Source: the human T2T-CHM13v2.0 reference genome, Homo sapiens. Taken from it: DNA of 64,000 nucleotides. The stretch lies in the NCBI RefSeq assembly GCF_009914755.1, contig NC_060943.1; one strand, given 5' to 3'. Within the stretch, counting starts at the first letter, position 1; the number at the start of each line of letters is the position of its first letter. The position numbers and the translations under genes are program-made. Positions 11,839 through 26,168 of this stretch are shown here, in pieces. The notes below the pieces were generated by a model, which saw nothing but the letters and a program-made list of their open reading frames with translations, did no database searches and was not told the origin of the DNA.

Positions 11839-14800
11839 TTTCTTCATATTATGCTAGACAGAAGAATTCTCAGTAACTTCCTTGTGTTGTGTGTATTCAA
11901 CTCACAGAGTTGAACGATCCTTTACACAGAGCAGACTTGAAACACTCTTTTTGTGGAATTTGCAAGTGGAGATTTCAGCCGCTTTGAGTTCAATGGTAGA
12001 ATAGGAAATATCTTCCTATAGAAACTAGACAGAATGATTCTCAGAAACTCCTTTGTGATGTGTGCGTTCAACTCACAGAGTTCAACCTTTCTTTTCATAG
12101 AGCAGTTGGGAAACACTCTGTTTGTAAAGTCTGCAAGTGGATATTCAGACTTCTTTGAGGCCTTCGTTGGAAGCGGGATTTCTTCATATTCTGCTAGACA
12201 GAAGAATTCTCAGTAACTGCCTTGTGTTGTGTGTATTCAACTCACAGAGTTGAACGATCCTTTACACAGAGCAGACTTGAAACACTCTTTTTGTGGAATT
12301 TGCAAGTGGAGATTTCAGCCGCTTTGAGGTCAATGGTAGAATAGGAAATATCTTCCTATAGAAACTAGACAGAATGATTCTCAGAAACTCCTTTGTGATG
12401 TGTGCGTTCAACTCACAGAGTTCAACCTTTCTTTTCATAGAGCAGTTGGGAAACACTCTGTTTGTAAAGTCTGCAAGTGGATATTCAGACTTCTTTGAGG
12501 CCTTCGTTGGAAGCGGGATTTCTTCATGTTCTGCTAGACAGAAGAATTCTCAGTAACTGCCTTGTGTTGTGTGTATTCAACTCACAGAGTTGAACGATCC
12601 TTTACACAGAGCAGACTTGAAACACTCCTTTTGTGGAATTTGCAAGTGGAGATTTCAGCCGCTTTGAGGTCAATGGTAGAATAGGAAATATCTTCCTATA
12701 GAAACTAGACAGAATGATTCTCAGAAACTCCTTTGTGATGTGTGCGTTCAACTCACAGAGTTTAACCTTTCTTTTCATAGCGCAGTTGGGAAACACTCTG
12801 TTTGTAAAGTCTGCAAGTGGATATTCAGACATCCTTGAGGCTTTCGTTGGAAACGGGATTTGTTCATATTCTGCTAGAAAGAAGAATTCTCAGTAACTTC
12901 CTTGTGTTGTGTGTATTCAACTCACAGAGTTGAACGATCCTTTACACAGAGCAGACTTGAAACACTCTTTTTGTGGAATTTGCAAGTGGAGATTTCAGCC
13001 GCTTTGAGGTCAATGGTAGAATAGGAAATATCTTCCTATAGAAACTAGACAGAATGATTCTCAGAAACTCCTTTGTGATGTGTGCGTTCAACTCACAGAG
13101 TTTAACCTTTCTTTTCATAGAGCAGTTGGGAAACACTCTGTTTGTAAAGTCTGCAAGTGGATATTCAGACATCCTTGAGGCTTTCGTTGGAAACGGGATT
13201 TCTTCATATTCTGCTAGAAGGAAGAATTCTCAGTAACTTCCTTGTGTTGTGTGTATTCAACTCACAGAGTTGAACGATCCTTTATACAGAGCAGACTTGA
13301 AACACTCTTTTTGTGGAATTTGCAAGTGGAGATTTCAGCCGCTTTGAGGTCAATGGTAGAATAGGAAATATCTTCCTATAGAAACTAGACAGAATGATTC
13401 TCAGAAACTCCTTTGTGATGTGTGCGTTCAACTCACACAGTTTAACCTTTCTTTTCATAGAGCAGTTGGGAAACACTCTGTTTGTAAAGTCTGCAAGTGG
13501 ATATTCAGACCTCCTTGAGGCCTTCGTTGGAAACGGGATTTCTTCATATTATGCTAGACAGAAGAATTCTCAGTAACTTCCTTGTGTTGTGTGTATTCAA
13601 CTCACAGAGTTGAACGATCCTTTACACAGAGCAGACTTGAAACACTCTTTTTGTGGAATTTGCAAGTGGAGATTTCAGCCGCTTTGAAGTCAATGGTAGA
13701 ATAGGAAATATCTTCCTATAGAAACTAGACAGAATGATTCTCAGAAACTCCTTTGTGATGTGTGCGTTCAACTCACACAGTTTAACCTTTCTTTTCATAG
13801 AGCAGTTAGGAAACACTCTGTTTGTAAAGTCTGCAAGTGGATATTCAGACCTCCTTGAGGCCTTCGTTGGAAACGGGATTTCTTCATATTCTGCTAGAAA
13901 GAAGAATTCTCAGTAACTTCCTTGTGTTGTGTGTATTCAACTCACAGAGTTGAACGATCCTTTACACAGAGCAGACTTGAAACACTCTTTTTGTGGAATT
14001 TGCAAGTGGAGATTTCAGCCGCTTTGAGGTCAATGGTAGAATAGGAAATATCTTCCTATAGAAACTAGACAGAATGATTCTCAGAAACTCCTTTGTGATG
14101 TGTGCGTTCAACTCACAGAGTTTAACCTTTCTTTTCATAGAGCAGTTAGGAAACACTCTGTTTGTAAAGTCTGCAAGTGGATATTCAGACATCCTTGAGG
14201 CTTTCGTTGGAAACGGGATTTCTTCATATTCTGCTAGAAAGAAGAATTCTCAGTAACTTCCTTGTGTTGTGTGTATTCAACTCACAGAGTTGAACGATCC
14301 TTTACACAGAGCAGACTTGAAACACTCTTTTTGTGGAATTTGCAAGTGGAGATTTCAGCCGCTTTGAGGTCAATGGTAGAATAGGAAATATCTTCCTATA
14401 GAAACTAGACAGAATGATTCTCAGAAACTCCTTTGTGATGTGTGCGTTCAACTCACAGAGTTCAACCTTTCTTTTCATAGAGCAGTTGGGAAACACTCTG
14501 TTTGTAAAGTCTGCAAGTGGATATTCAGACATCCTTGAGGCTTTCGTTGGAAACGGGATTTCTTCATATTCTGCTAGAAAGAAGAATTCTCAGTAACTTC
14601 CTTGTGTTGTGTGTATTCAACTCACAGAGTTGAACGATCCTTTACACAGAGCAGACTTGAAACACTCTTTTTGTGGAATTTGCAAGTGGAGATTTCAGCC
14701 GCTTTGAGTTCAATGGTAGAATAGGAAATATCTTCCTATAGAAACTAGACAGAATGATTCTCAGAAACTCCTTTGTGATGTGTGCGTTCAACTCACAGAG

Positions 14801-17800
14801 TTCAACCTTTCTTTTCATAGAGCAGTTGGGAAACACTCTGTTTGTAAAGTCTGCAAGTGGATATTCAGACTTCTTTGAGGCCTTCGTTGGAAGCGGGATT
14901 TCTTCATATTCTGCTAGACAGAAGAATTCTCAGTAACTGCCTTGTGTTGTGTGTATTCAACTCACAGAGTTGAACGATCCTTTACACAGAGCAGACTTGA
15001 AACACTCTTTTTGTGGAATTTGCAAGTGGAGATTTCAGCCGCTTTGAGGTCAATGGTAGAATAGGAAATATCTTCCTATAGAAACTAGACAGAATGATTC
15101 TCAGAAACTCCTTTGTGATGTGTGCGTTCAACTCACAGAGTTTACCCTTTCTTTTCATAGAGCAGTTAGGAAACACTCTGTTTGTAAAGTCTGCAAGTGG
15201 ATATTCAGACATCCTTGAGGCTTTCGTTGGAAACGGGATTTCTTCATATTCTGCTAGAAAGAAGAATTCTCAGTAACTTCCTTGTGTTGTGTGTATTCAA
15301 CTCACAGAGTTGAACGATCCTTTACACAGAGCAGACTTGAAACACTCTTTTTGTGGAATTTGCAAGTGGAGATTTCAGCCGCTTTGAGGTCAATGGTAGA
15401 ATAGGAAATATCTTCCTATAGAAACTAGACAGAATGATTCTCAGAAACTCCTTTGTGATGTGTGCGTTCAACTCACAGAGTTCAACCTTTCTTTTCATAG
15501 AGCAGTTGGGAAACACTCTGTTTGTAAAGTCTGCAAGTGGATATTCAGACTTCTTTGAGGCCTTCGTTGGAAGCGGGATTTCTTCATGTTCTGCTAGACA
15601 GAAGAATTCTCAGTAACTGCCTTGTGTTGTGTGTATTCAACTCAGAGAGTTGAACGATCCTTTACACAGAGCAGACTTGAAACACTCTTTTTGTGGAATT
15701 TGCAAGTGGAGATTTCAGCCGCTTTGAGGTCAATGGTAGAATAGGAAATATCTTCCTATAGAAACTAGACAGAATGATTCTCAGAAACTCCTTTGTGATG
15801 TGTGCGTTCAACTCACAGAGTTTAACCTTTCTTTTCATAGAGCAGTTAGGAAACACTCTGTTTGTAAAGTCTGCAAGTGGATATTCAGACATCCTTGAGG
15901 CTTTCGTTGGAAACGGGATTTCTTCATATTCTGCTAGAAAGAAGAATTCTCAGTAACTTCCTTGTGTTGTGTGTATTCAACTCACAGAGTTGAACGATCC
16001 TATACACAGAGCAGACTTGAAACACTCTTTTTGTGGAATTTGCAAGTGGAGATTTCAGCCGCTTTGAGTTCAATGGTAGAATAGGAAATATCTTCCTATA
16101 GAAACTAGACAGAATGATTCTCAGAAACTCCTTTGTGATGTGTGCGTTCAACTCACAGAGTTCAACCTTTCTTTTCATAGAGCAGTTGGGAAACACTCTG
16201 TTTGTAAAGTCTGCAAGTGGATATTCAGACTTCTTTGAGGCCTTCGTTGGAAGCGGGATTTCTTCATATTCTGCTAGACAGAAGAATTCTCAGTAACTGC
16301 CTTGTGTTGTGTGTATTCAACTCACAGAGTTGAACGATCCTTTACACAGAGCAGACTTGAAACACTCTTTTTGTGGAATTTGCAAGTGGAGATTTCAGCC
16401 GCTTTGAGGTCAATGGTAGAATAGGAAATATCTTCCTATAGAAACTAGACAGAATGATTCTCAGAAACTCCTTTGTGATGTGTGCGTTCAACTCACAGAG
16501 TTCAACCTTTCTTTTCATAGAGCAGTTGGGAAACACTCTGTTTGTAAAGTCTGCAAGTGGATATTCAGACTTCTTTGAGGCCTTCGTTGGAAGCGGGATT
16601 TCTTCATGTTCTGCTAGACAGAAGAATTCTCAGTAACTGCCTTGTGTTGTGTGTATTCAACTCACAGAGTTGAACGATCCTTTACACAGAGCAGACTTGA
16701 AACACTCCTTTTGTGGAATTTGCAAGTGGAGATTTCAGCCGCTTTGAGGTCAATGGTAGAATAGGAAATATCTTCCTATAGAAACTAGACAGAATGATTC
16801 TCAGAAACTCCTTTGTGATGTGTGCGTTCAACTCACAGAGTTTAACCTTTCTTTTCATAGCGCAGTTGGGAAACACTCTGTTTGTAAAGTCTGCAAGTGG
16901 ATATTCAGACATCCTTGAGGCTTTCGTTGGAAACGGGATTTGTTCATATTCTGCTAGAAAGAAGAATTCTCAGTAACTTCCTTGTGTTGTGTGTATTCAA
17001 CTCACAGAGTTGAACGATCCTTTACACAGAGCAGACTTGAAACACTCTTTTTGTGGAATTTGCAAGTGGAGATTTCAGCCGCTTTGAGGTCAATGGTAGA
17101 ATAGGAAATATCTTCCTATAGAAACTAGACAGAATGATTCTCAGAAACTCCTTTGTGATGTGTGCGTTCAACTCACAGAGTTTAACCTTTCTTTTCATAG
17201 AGCAGTTGGGAAACACTCTGTTTGTAAAGTCTGCAAGTGGATATTCAGACATCCTTGAGGCTTTCGTTGGAAACGGGATTTCTTCATATTCTGCTAGAAG
17301 GAAGAATTCTCAGTAACTTCCTTGTGTTGTGTGTATTCAACTCACAGAGTTGAACGATCCTTTATACAGAGCAGACTTGAAACACTCTTTTTGTGGAATT
17401 TGCAAGTGGAGATTTCAGCCGCTTTGAGGTCAATGGTAGAATAGGAAATATCTTCCTATAGAAACTAGACAGAATGATTCTCAGAAACTCCTTTGTGATG
17501 TGTGCGTTCAACTCACACAGTTTAACCTTTCTTTTCATAGAGCAGTTGGGAAACACTCTGTTTGTAAAGTCTGCAAGTGGATATTCAGACCTCCTTGAGG
17601 CCTTCGTTGGAAACGGGATTTCTTCATATTATGCTAGACAGAAGAATTCTCAGTAACTTCCTTGTGTTGTGTGTATTCAACTCACAGAGTTGAACGATCC
17701 TTTACACAGAGCAGACTTGAAACACTCTTTTTGTGGAATTTGCAAGTGGAGATTTCAGCCGCTTTGAAGTCAATGGTAGAATAGGAAATATCTTCCTATA

Positions 17801-20392
17801 GAAACTAGACAGAATGATTCTCAGAAACTCCTTTGTGATGTGTGCGTTCAACTCACACAGTTTAACCTTTCTTTTCATAGAGCAGTTAGGAAACACTCTG
17901 TTTGTAAAGTCTGCAAGTGGATATTCAGACCTCCTTGAGGCCTTCGTTGGAAACGGGATTTCTTCATATTCTGCTAGAAAGAAGAATTCTCAGTAACTTC
18001 CTTGTGTTGTGTGTATTCAACTCACAGAGTTGAACGATCCTTTACACAGAGCAGACTTGAAACACTCTTTTTGTGGAATTTGCAAGTGGAGATTTCAGCC
18101 GCTTTGAGGTCAATGGTAGAATAGGAAATATCTTCCTATAGAAACTAGACAGAATGATTCTCAGAAACTCCTTTGTGATGTGTGCGTTCAACTCACAGAG
18201 TTTAACCTTTCTTTTCATAGAGCAGTTAGGAAACACTCTGTTTGTAAAGTCTGCAAGTGGATATTCAGACATCCTTGAGGCTTTCGTTGGAAACGGGATT
18301 TCTTCATATTCTGCTAGAAAGAAGAATTCTCAGTAACTTCCTTGTGTTGTGTGTATTCAACTCACAGAGTTGAACGATCCTTTACACAGAGCAGACTTGA
18401 AACACTCTTTTTGTGGAATTTGCAAGTGGAGATTTCAGCCGCTTTGAGGTCAATGGTAGAATAGGAAATATCTTCCTATAGAAACTAGACAGAATGATTC
18501 TCAGAAACTCCTTTGTGATGTGTGCGTTCAACTCACAGAGTTTAACCTTTCTTTTCATAGAGCAGTTGGGAAACACTCTGTTTGTAAAGTCTGCAAGTGG
18601 ATATTCAGACATCCTTGAGGCTTTCGTTGGAAACGGGATTTCTTCATATTCTGCTAGAAAGAAGAATTCTCAGTAACTTCCTTGTGTTGTGTGTATTCAA
18701 CTCACAGAGTTGAACGATCCTTTACACAGAGCAGACTTGAAACACTCTTTTTGTGGAATTTGCAAGTGGAGATTTCAGCCGCTTTGAGGTCAATGGTAGA
18801 ATAGGAAATATCTTCCTATAGAAACTAGACAGAATGATTCTCAGAAACTCCTTTGTGATGTGTGCGTTCAACTCACAGAGTTTAACCTTTCTTTTCATAG
18901 AGCAGTTAGGAAACACTCTGTTTGTAAAGTCTGCAAGTGGATATTCAGACCTCCTTGAGGCCTTCGTTGGAAACGGGATTTCTTCATATTATGCTAGACA
19001 GAAGAATTCTCAGTAACTTCCTTGTGTTGTGTGTATTCAACTCACAGAGTTGAACGATCCTTTACACAGAGCAGACTTGAAACACTCTTTTTGTGGAATT
19101 TGCAAGTGGAGATTTCAGCCGCTTTGGGTTCAATGGTAGAATAGGAAATATCTTCCTATAGAAACTGGACAGAATGATTCTCAGAAACTCCTTTGTGATG
19201 TGTGCGTTCAACTCACAGAGTTCAACCTTTCTTTTCATAGAGCAGTTGGGAAACACTCTGTTTGTAAAGTCTGCAAGTGGATATTCAGACTTCTTTGAGG
19301 CCTTCGTTGGAAGCGGGATTTCTTCATGTTCTGCTAGACAGAAGAATTCTCAGTAACTTCCTTGTGTTGTGTGTATTCAACTCAGAGAGTTGAACGATCC
19401 TTTACACAGAGCAGACTTGAAACACTCTTTTTGTGGAATTTGCAAGTGGAGATTTCAGCCGCTTTGAGGTCAATGGTAGAATAGGAAATATCTTCCTATA
19501 GAAACTAGACAGAATGATTCTCAGAAACTCCTTTGTGATGTGTGCGTTCAACTCACAGAGTTTAACCTTTCTTTTCATAGAGCAGTTAGGAAACACTCTG
19601 TAAAGTCTGCAAGTGGATATTCAGACATCCTTGAGGCTTTCGTTGGAAACGGGATTTCTTCATATTCTGCTAGAAAGAAGAATTCTCAGTAACTTCCTTG
19701 TGTTGTGCGTATTCAACTCACAGAGTTGAACGATCCTTTACACAGAGCAGACTTGAAACACTCTTTTTGTGGAATTTGCAAGTGGAGATTTCAGCCGCTT
19801 TGAGGTCAATGGTAGAATAGGAAATATCTTCCTATAGAAACTAGACAGAATGATTCTCAGAAACTCCTTTGTGATGTGTGCGTTCAACTCACAGAGTTTA
19901 ACCTTTCTTTTCATAGCGCAGTTGGGAAACACTCTGTTTGTAAAGTCTGCAAGTGGATATTCAGACATCCTTGAGGCTTTCGTTGGAAACGGGATTTCTT
20001 CATATTCTGCTAGAAAGAAGAATTCTCAGTAACTTCCTTGTGTTGTGTGTATTCAACTCACAGAGTTGAACGATCCTTTACACAGAGCAGACTTGAAACA
20101 CTCTTTTTGTGGAATTTGCAAGTGGAGATTTCAGCCGCTTTGAGGTCAATGGTAGAATAGGAAATATCTTCCTATAGAAACTAGACAGAATGATTCTCAG
20201 AAACTCCTTTGTGATGTGTGCGTTCAACTCACACAGTTTAACCTTTCTTTTCATAGAGCAGTTAGGAAACACTCTGTTTGTAAAGTCTGCAAGTGGATAT
20301 TCAGACCTCCTTGAGGCCTTCGTTGGAAACGGGATTTCTTCATATTATGCTAGACAGAAGAATTCTCAGTAACTTCCTTGTGTTGTGTGTAT

Positions 20393-23300
20393 TCAACTCA
20401 CAGAGTTGAACGATCCTTTACACAGAGCAGACTTGAAACACTCTTTTTGTGGAATTTGCAAGTGGAGATTTCAGCCGCTTTGAGTTCAATGGTAGAATAG
20501 GAAATATCTTCCTATAGAAACTAGACAGAATGATTCTCAGAAACTCCTTTGTGATGTGTGCGTTCAACTCACAGAGTTCAACCTTTCTTTTCATAGAGCA
20601 GTTGGGAAACACTCTGTTTGTAAAGTCTGCAAGTGGATATTCAGACTTCTTTGAGGCCTTCGTTGGAAGCGGGATTTCTTCATGTTCTGCTAGACAGAAG
20701 AATTCTCAGTAACTTCCTTGTGTTGTGTGTATTCAACTCAGAGAGTTGAACGATCCTTTACACAGAGCAGACTTGAAACACTCTTTTTGTGGAATTTGCA
20801 AGTGGAGATTTCAGCCGCTTTGAGGTCAATGGTAGAATAGGAAATATCTTCCTATAGAAACTAGACAGAATGATTCTCAGAAACTCCTTTGTGATGTGTG
20901 CGTTCAACTCACAGAGTTTAACCTTTCTTTTCATAGAGCAGTTAGGAAACACTCTGTTTGTAAAGTCTGCAAGTGGATATTCAGACATCCTTGAGGCTTT
21001 CGTTGGAAACGGGATTTCTTCATATTCTGCTAGAAAGAAGAATTCTCAGTAACTTCCTTGTGTTGTGTGTATTCAACTCACAGAGTTGAACGATCCTTTA
21101 CACAGAGCAGACTTGAAACACTCTTTTTGTGGAATTTGCAAGTGGAGATTTCAGCCGCTTTGAGGTCAATGGTAGAATAGAAAATATCTTCCTATAGAAA
21201 CTAGACAGAATGATTCTCAGAAACTCCTTTGTGATGTGTGCGTTCAACTCACAGAGTTTAACCTTTCTTTTCATAGCGCAGTTGGGAAACACTCTGTTTG
21301 TAAAGTCTGCAAGTGGATATTCAGACATCCTTGAGGCTTTCGTTGGAAACGGGATTTCTTCATATTCTGCTAGAAAGAAGAATTCTCAGTAACTTCCTTG
21401 TGTTGTGTGTATTCAACTCACAGAGTTGAACGATCCTTTACACAGAGCAGACTTGAAACACTCTTTTTGCGGAATTTGCAAGTGGAGATTTCAGCCGCTT
21501 TGAGGTCAATGGTAGAATAGGAAATATCTTCCTATAGAAACTAGACAGAATGATTCTCAGAAACTCCTTTGTGATGTGTGCGTTCAACTCACAGAGTTTA
21601 ACCTTTCTTTTCATAGAGCAGTTGGGAAACACTCTGTTTGTAAAGTCTGCAAGTGGATATTCAGACATCCTTGAGGCTTTCGTTGGAAACGGGATTTCTT
21701 CATATTCTGCTAGAAAGAAGAATTCTCAGTAACTTCCTTGTGTTGTGTGTATTCAACTCACAGAGTTGAACGATCCTTTACACAGAGCAGACTTGAAACA
21801 CTCTTTTTGTGGAATTTGCAAGTGGAGATTTCAGCCGCTTTGAGGTCAATGGTAGAATAGGAAATATCTTCCTATAGAAACTAGACAGAATGATTCTCAG
21901 AAACTCCTTTGTGATGTGTGCGTTCAACTCACAGAGTTTAACCTTTCTTTTCATAGAGCAGTTGGGAAACACTCTGTTTGTAAAGTCTGCAAGTGGATAT
22001 TCAGACATCCTTGAGGCTTTCGTTGGAAACGGGATTTCTTCATATTCTGCTAGAAAGAAGAATTCTCAGTAACTTCCTTGTGTTGTGTGTATTCAACTCA
22101 CAGAGTTGAACGATCCTTTACACAGAGCAGACTTGAAACACTCTTTTTGTGGAATTTGCAAGTGGAGATTTCAGCCGCTTTGAGGTCAATGGTAGAATAG
22201 GAAATATCTTCCTATAGAAACTAGACAGAATGATTCTCAGAAACTCCTTTGTGATGTGTGCGTTCAACTCACAGAGTTTAACCTTTCTTTTCATAGAGCA
22301 GTTAGGAAACACTCTGTTTGTAAAGTCTGCAAGTGGATATTCAGACCTCCTTGAGGCCTTCGTTGGAAACGGGATTTCTTCATATTATGCTAGACAGAAG
22401 AATTCTCAGTAACTTCCTTGTGTTGTGTGTATTCAACTCACAGAGTTGAACGATCCTTTACACAGAGCAGACTTGAAACACTCTTTTTGTGGAATTTGCA
22501 AGTGGAGATTTCAGCCGCTTTGAGTTCAATGGTAGAATAGGAAATATCTTCCTATAGAAACTAGACAGAATGATTCTCAGAAACTCCTTTGTGATGTGTG
22601 CGTTCAACTCACAGAGTTCAACCTTTCTTTTCATAGAGCAGTTGGGAAACACTCTGTTTGTAAAGTCTGCAAGTGGATATTCAGACTTCTTTGAGGCCTT
22701 CGTTGGAAGCGGGATTTCTTCATGTTCTGCTAGACAGAAGAATTCTCAGTAACTTCCTTGTGTTGTGTGTATTCAACTCAGAGAGTTGAACGATCCTTTA
22801 CACAGAGCAGACTTGAAACACTCTTTTTGTGGAATTTGCAAGTGGAGATTTCAGCCGCTTTGAGGTCAATGGTAGAATAGGAAATATCTTCCTATAGAAA
22901 CTAGACAGAATGATTCTCAGAAACTCCTTTGTGATGTGTGCGTTCAACTCACAGAGTTTAACCTTTCTTTTCATAGAGCAGTTAGGAAACACTCTGTTTG
23001 TAAAGTCTGCAAGTGGATATTCAGACATCCTTGAGGCTTTCGTTGGAAACGGGATTTCTTCATATTCTGCTAGAAAGAAGAATTCTCAGTAACTTCCTTG
23101 TGTTGTGTGTATTCAACTCACAGAGTTGAACGATCCTTTACACAGAGCAGACTTGAAACACTCTTTTTGTGGAATTTGCAAGTGGAGATTTCAGCCGCTT
23201 TGAGGTCAATGGTAGAATAGGAAATATCTTCCTATAGAAACTAGACAGAATGATTCTCAGAAACTCCTTTGTGATGTGTGCGTTCAACTCACAGAGTTTA

Positions 23301-24472
23301 ACCTTTCTTTTCATAGCGCAGTTGGGAAACACTCTGTTTGTAAAGTCTGCAAGTGGATATTCAGACATCCTTGAGGCTTTCGTTGGAAACGGGATTTCTT
23401 CATATTCTGCTAGAAAGAAGAATTCTCAGTAACTTCCTTGTGTTGTGTGTATTCAACTCACAGAGTTGAACGATCCTTTACACAGAGCAGACTTGAAACA
23501 CTCTTTTTGCGGAATTTGCAAGTGGAGATTTCAGCCGCTTTGAGGTCAATGGTAGAATAGGAAATATCTTCCTATAGAAACTAGACAGAATGATTCTCAG
23601 AAACTCCTTTGTGATGTGTGCGTTCAACTCACAGAGTTTAACCTTTCTTTTCATAGAGCAGTTGGGAAACACTCTGTTTGTAAAGTCTGCAAGTGGATAT
23701 TCAGACATCCTTGAGGCTTTCGTTGGAAACGGGATTTCTTCATATTCTGCTAGAAAGAAGAATTCTCAGTAACTTCCTTGTGTTGTGTGTATTCAACTCA
23801 CAGAGTTGAACGATCCTTTACACAGAGCAGACTTGAAACACTCTTTTTCTGGAATTTGCAAGTGGAGATTTCAGCCGCTTTGAGGTCAATGGTAGAATAG
23901 GAAATATCTTCCTATAGAAACTAGACAGAATGATTCTCAGAAACTCCTTTGTGATGTGTGCGTTCAACTCACAGAGTTTAACCTTTCTTTTCATAGAGCA
24001 GTTGGGAAACACTCTGTTTGTAAAGTCTGCAAGTGGATATTCAGACATCCTTGAGGCTTTCGTTGGAAACGGGATTTCTTCATATTCTGCTAGAAAGAAG
24101 AATTCTCAGTAACTTCCTTGTGTTGTGTGTATTCAACTCACAGAGTTGAACGATCCTTTACACAGAGCAGACTTGAAACACTCTTTTTGTGGAATTTGCA
24201 AGTGGAGATTTCAGCCGCTTTGAGGTCAATGGTAGAATAGGAAATATCTTCCTATAGAAACTAGACAGAATGATTCTCAGAAACTCCTTTGTGATGTGTG
24301 CGTTCAACTCACAGAGTTTAACCTTTCTTTTCATAGAGCAGTTAGGAAACACTCTGTTTGTAAAGTCTGCAAGTGGATATTCAGACCTCCTTGAGGCCTT
24401 CGTTGGAAACGGGATTTCTTCATATTATGCTAGACAGAAGAATTCTCAGTAACTTCCTTGTGTTGTGTGTAT
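20393..24472 (+). repeat. Tandem duplication with 6-dimer (2040 bp) period
   Basis: ttttgCgg at 21470/23510, ataGCGca at 21278/23318 and ctcaGagag at 20741/22781. Confidence 0.8.
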
Positions 24473-26168
24473 TCAACTCACAGAGTTGAACGATCCTTTA
24501 CACAGAGCAGACTTGAAACACTCTTTTTGTGGAATTTGCAAGTGGAGATTTCAGCCGCTTTGGGTTCAATGGTAGAATAGGAAATATCTTCCTATAGAAA
24601 CTGGACAGAATGATTCTCAGAAACTCCTTTGTGATGTGTGCGTTCAACTCACAGAGTTCAACCTTTCTTTTCATAGAGCAGTTGGGAAACACTCTGTTTG
24701 TAAAGTCTGCAAGTGGATATTCAGACTTCTTTGAGGCCTTCGTTGGAAGCGGGATTTCTTCATGTTCTGCTAGGCAGAAGAATTCTCAGTAACTTCCTTG
24801 TGTTGTGTGTATTCAACTCAGAGAGTTGAACGATCCTTTACACAGAGCAGACTTGAAACACTCTTTTTGTGGAATTTGCAAGTGGAGATTTCAGCCGCTT
24901 TGAGGTCAATGGTAGAATAGGAAATATCTTCCTATAGAAACTAGACAGAATGATTCTCAGAAACTCCTTTGTGATGTGTGCGTTCAACTCACAGAGTTTA
25001 ACCTTTCTTTTCATAGAGCAGTTAGGAAACACTCTGTAAAGTCTGCAAGTGGATATTCAGACATCCTTGAGGCTTTCGTTGGAAACGGGATTTCTTCATA
25101 TTCTGCTAGAAAGAAGAATTCTCAGTAACTTCCTTGTGTTGTGCGTATTCAACTCACAGAGTTGAACGATCCTTTACACAGAGCAGACTTGAAACACTCT
25201 TTTTGTGGAATTTGCAAGTGGAGATTTCAGCCGCTTTGAGGTCAATGGTAGAATAGGAAATATCTTCCTATAGAAACTAGACAGAATGATTCTCAGAAAC
25301 TCCTTTGTGATGTGTGCGTTCAACTCACAGAGTTTAACCTTTCTTTTCATAGCGCAGTTGGGAAACACTCTGTTTGTAAAGTCTGCAAGTGGATATTCAG
25401 ACATCCTTGAGGCTTTCGTTGGAAACGGGATTTCTTCATATTCTGCTAGAAAGAAGAATTCTCAGTAACTTCCTTGTGTTGTGTGTATTCAACTCACAGA
25501 GTTGAACGATCCTTTACACAGAGCAGACTTGAAACACTCTTTTTGTGGAATTTGCAAGTGGAGATTTCAGCCGCTTTGAGGTCAATGGTAGAATAGGAAA
25601 TATCTTCCTATAGAAACTAGACAGAATGATTCTCAGAAACTCCTTTGTGATGTGTGCGTTCAACTCACACAGTTTAACCTTTCTTTTCATAGAGCAGTTA
25701 GGAAACACTCTGTTTGTAAAGTCTGCAAGTGGATATTCAGACCTCCTTGAGGCCTTCGTTGGAAACGGGATTTCTTCATATTATGCTAGACAGAAGAATT
25801 CTCAGTAACTTCCTTGTGTTGTGTGTATTCAACTCACAGAGTTGAACGATCCTTTACACAGAGCAGACTTGAAACACTCTTTTTGTGGAATTTGCAAGTG
25901 GAGATTTCAGCCGCTTTGAGTTCAATGGTAGAATAGGAAATATCTTCCTATAGAAACTAGACAGAATGATTCTCAGAAACTCCTTTGTGATGTGTGCGTT
26001 CAACTCACAGAGTTCAACCTTTCTTTTCATAGAGCAGTTGGGAAACACTCTGTTTGTAAAGTCTGCAAGTGGATATTCAGACTTCTTTGAGGCCTTCGTT
26101 GGAAGCGGGATTTCTTCATGTTCTGCTAGACAGAAGAATTCTCAGTAACTTCCTTGTGTTGTGTGTAT

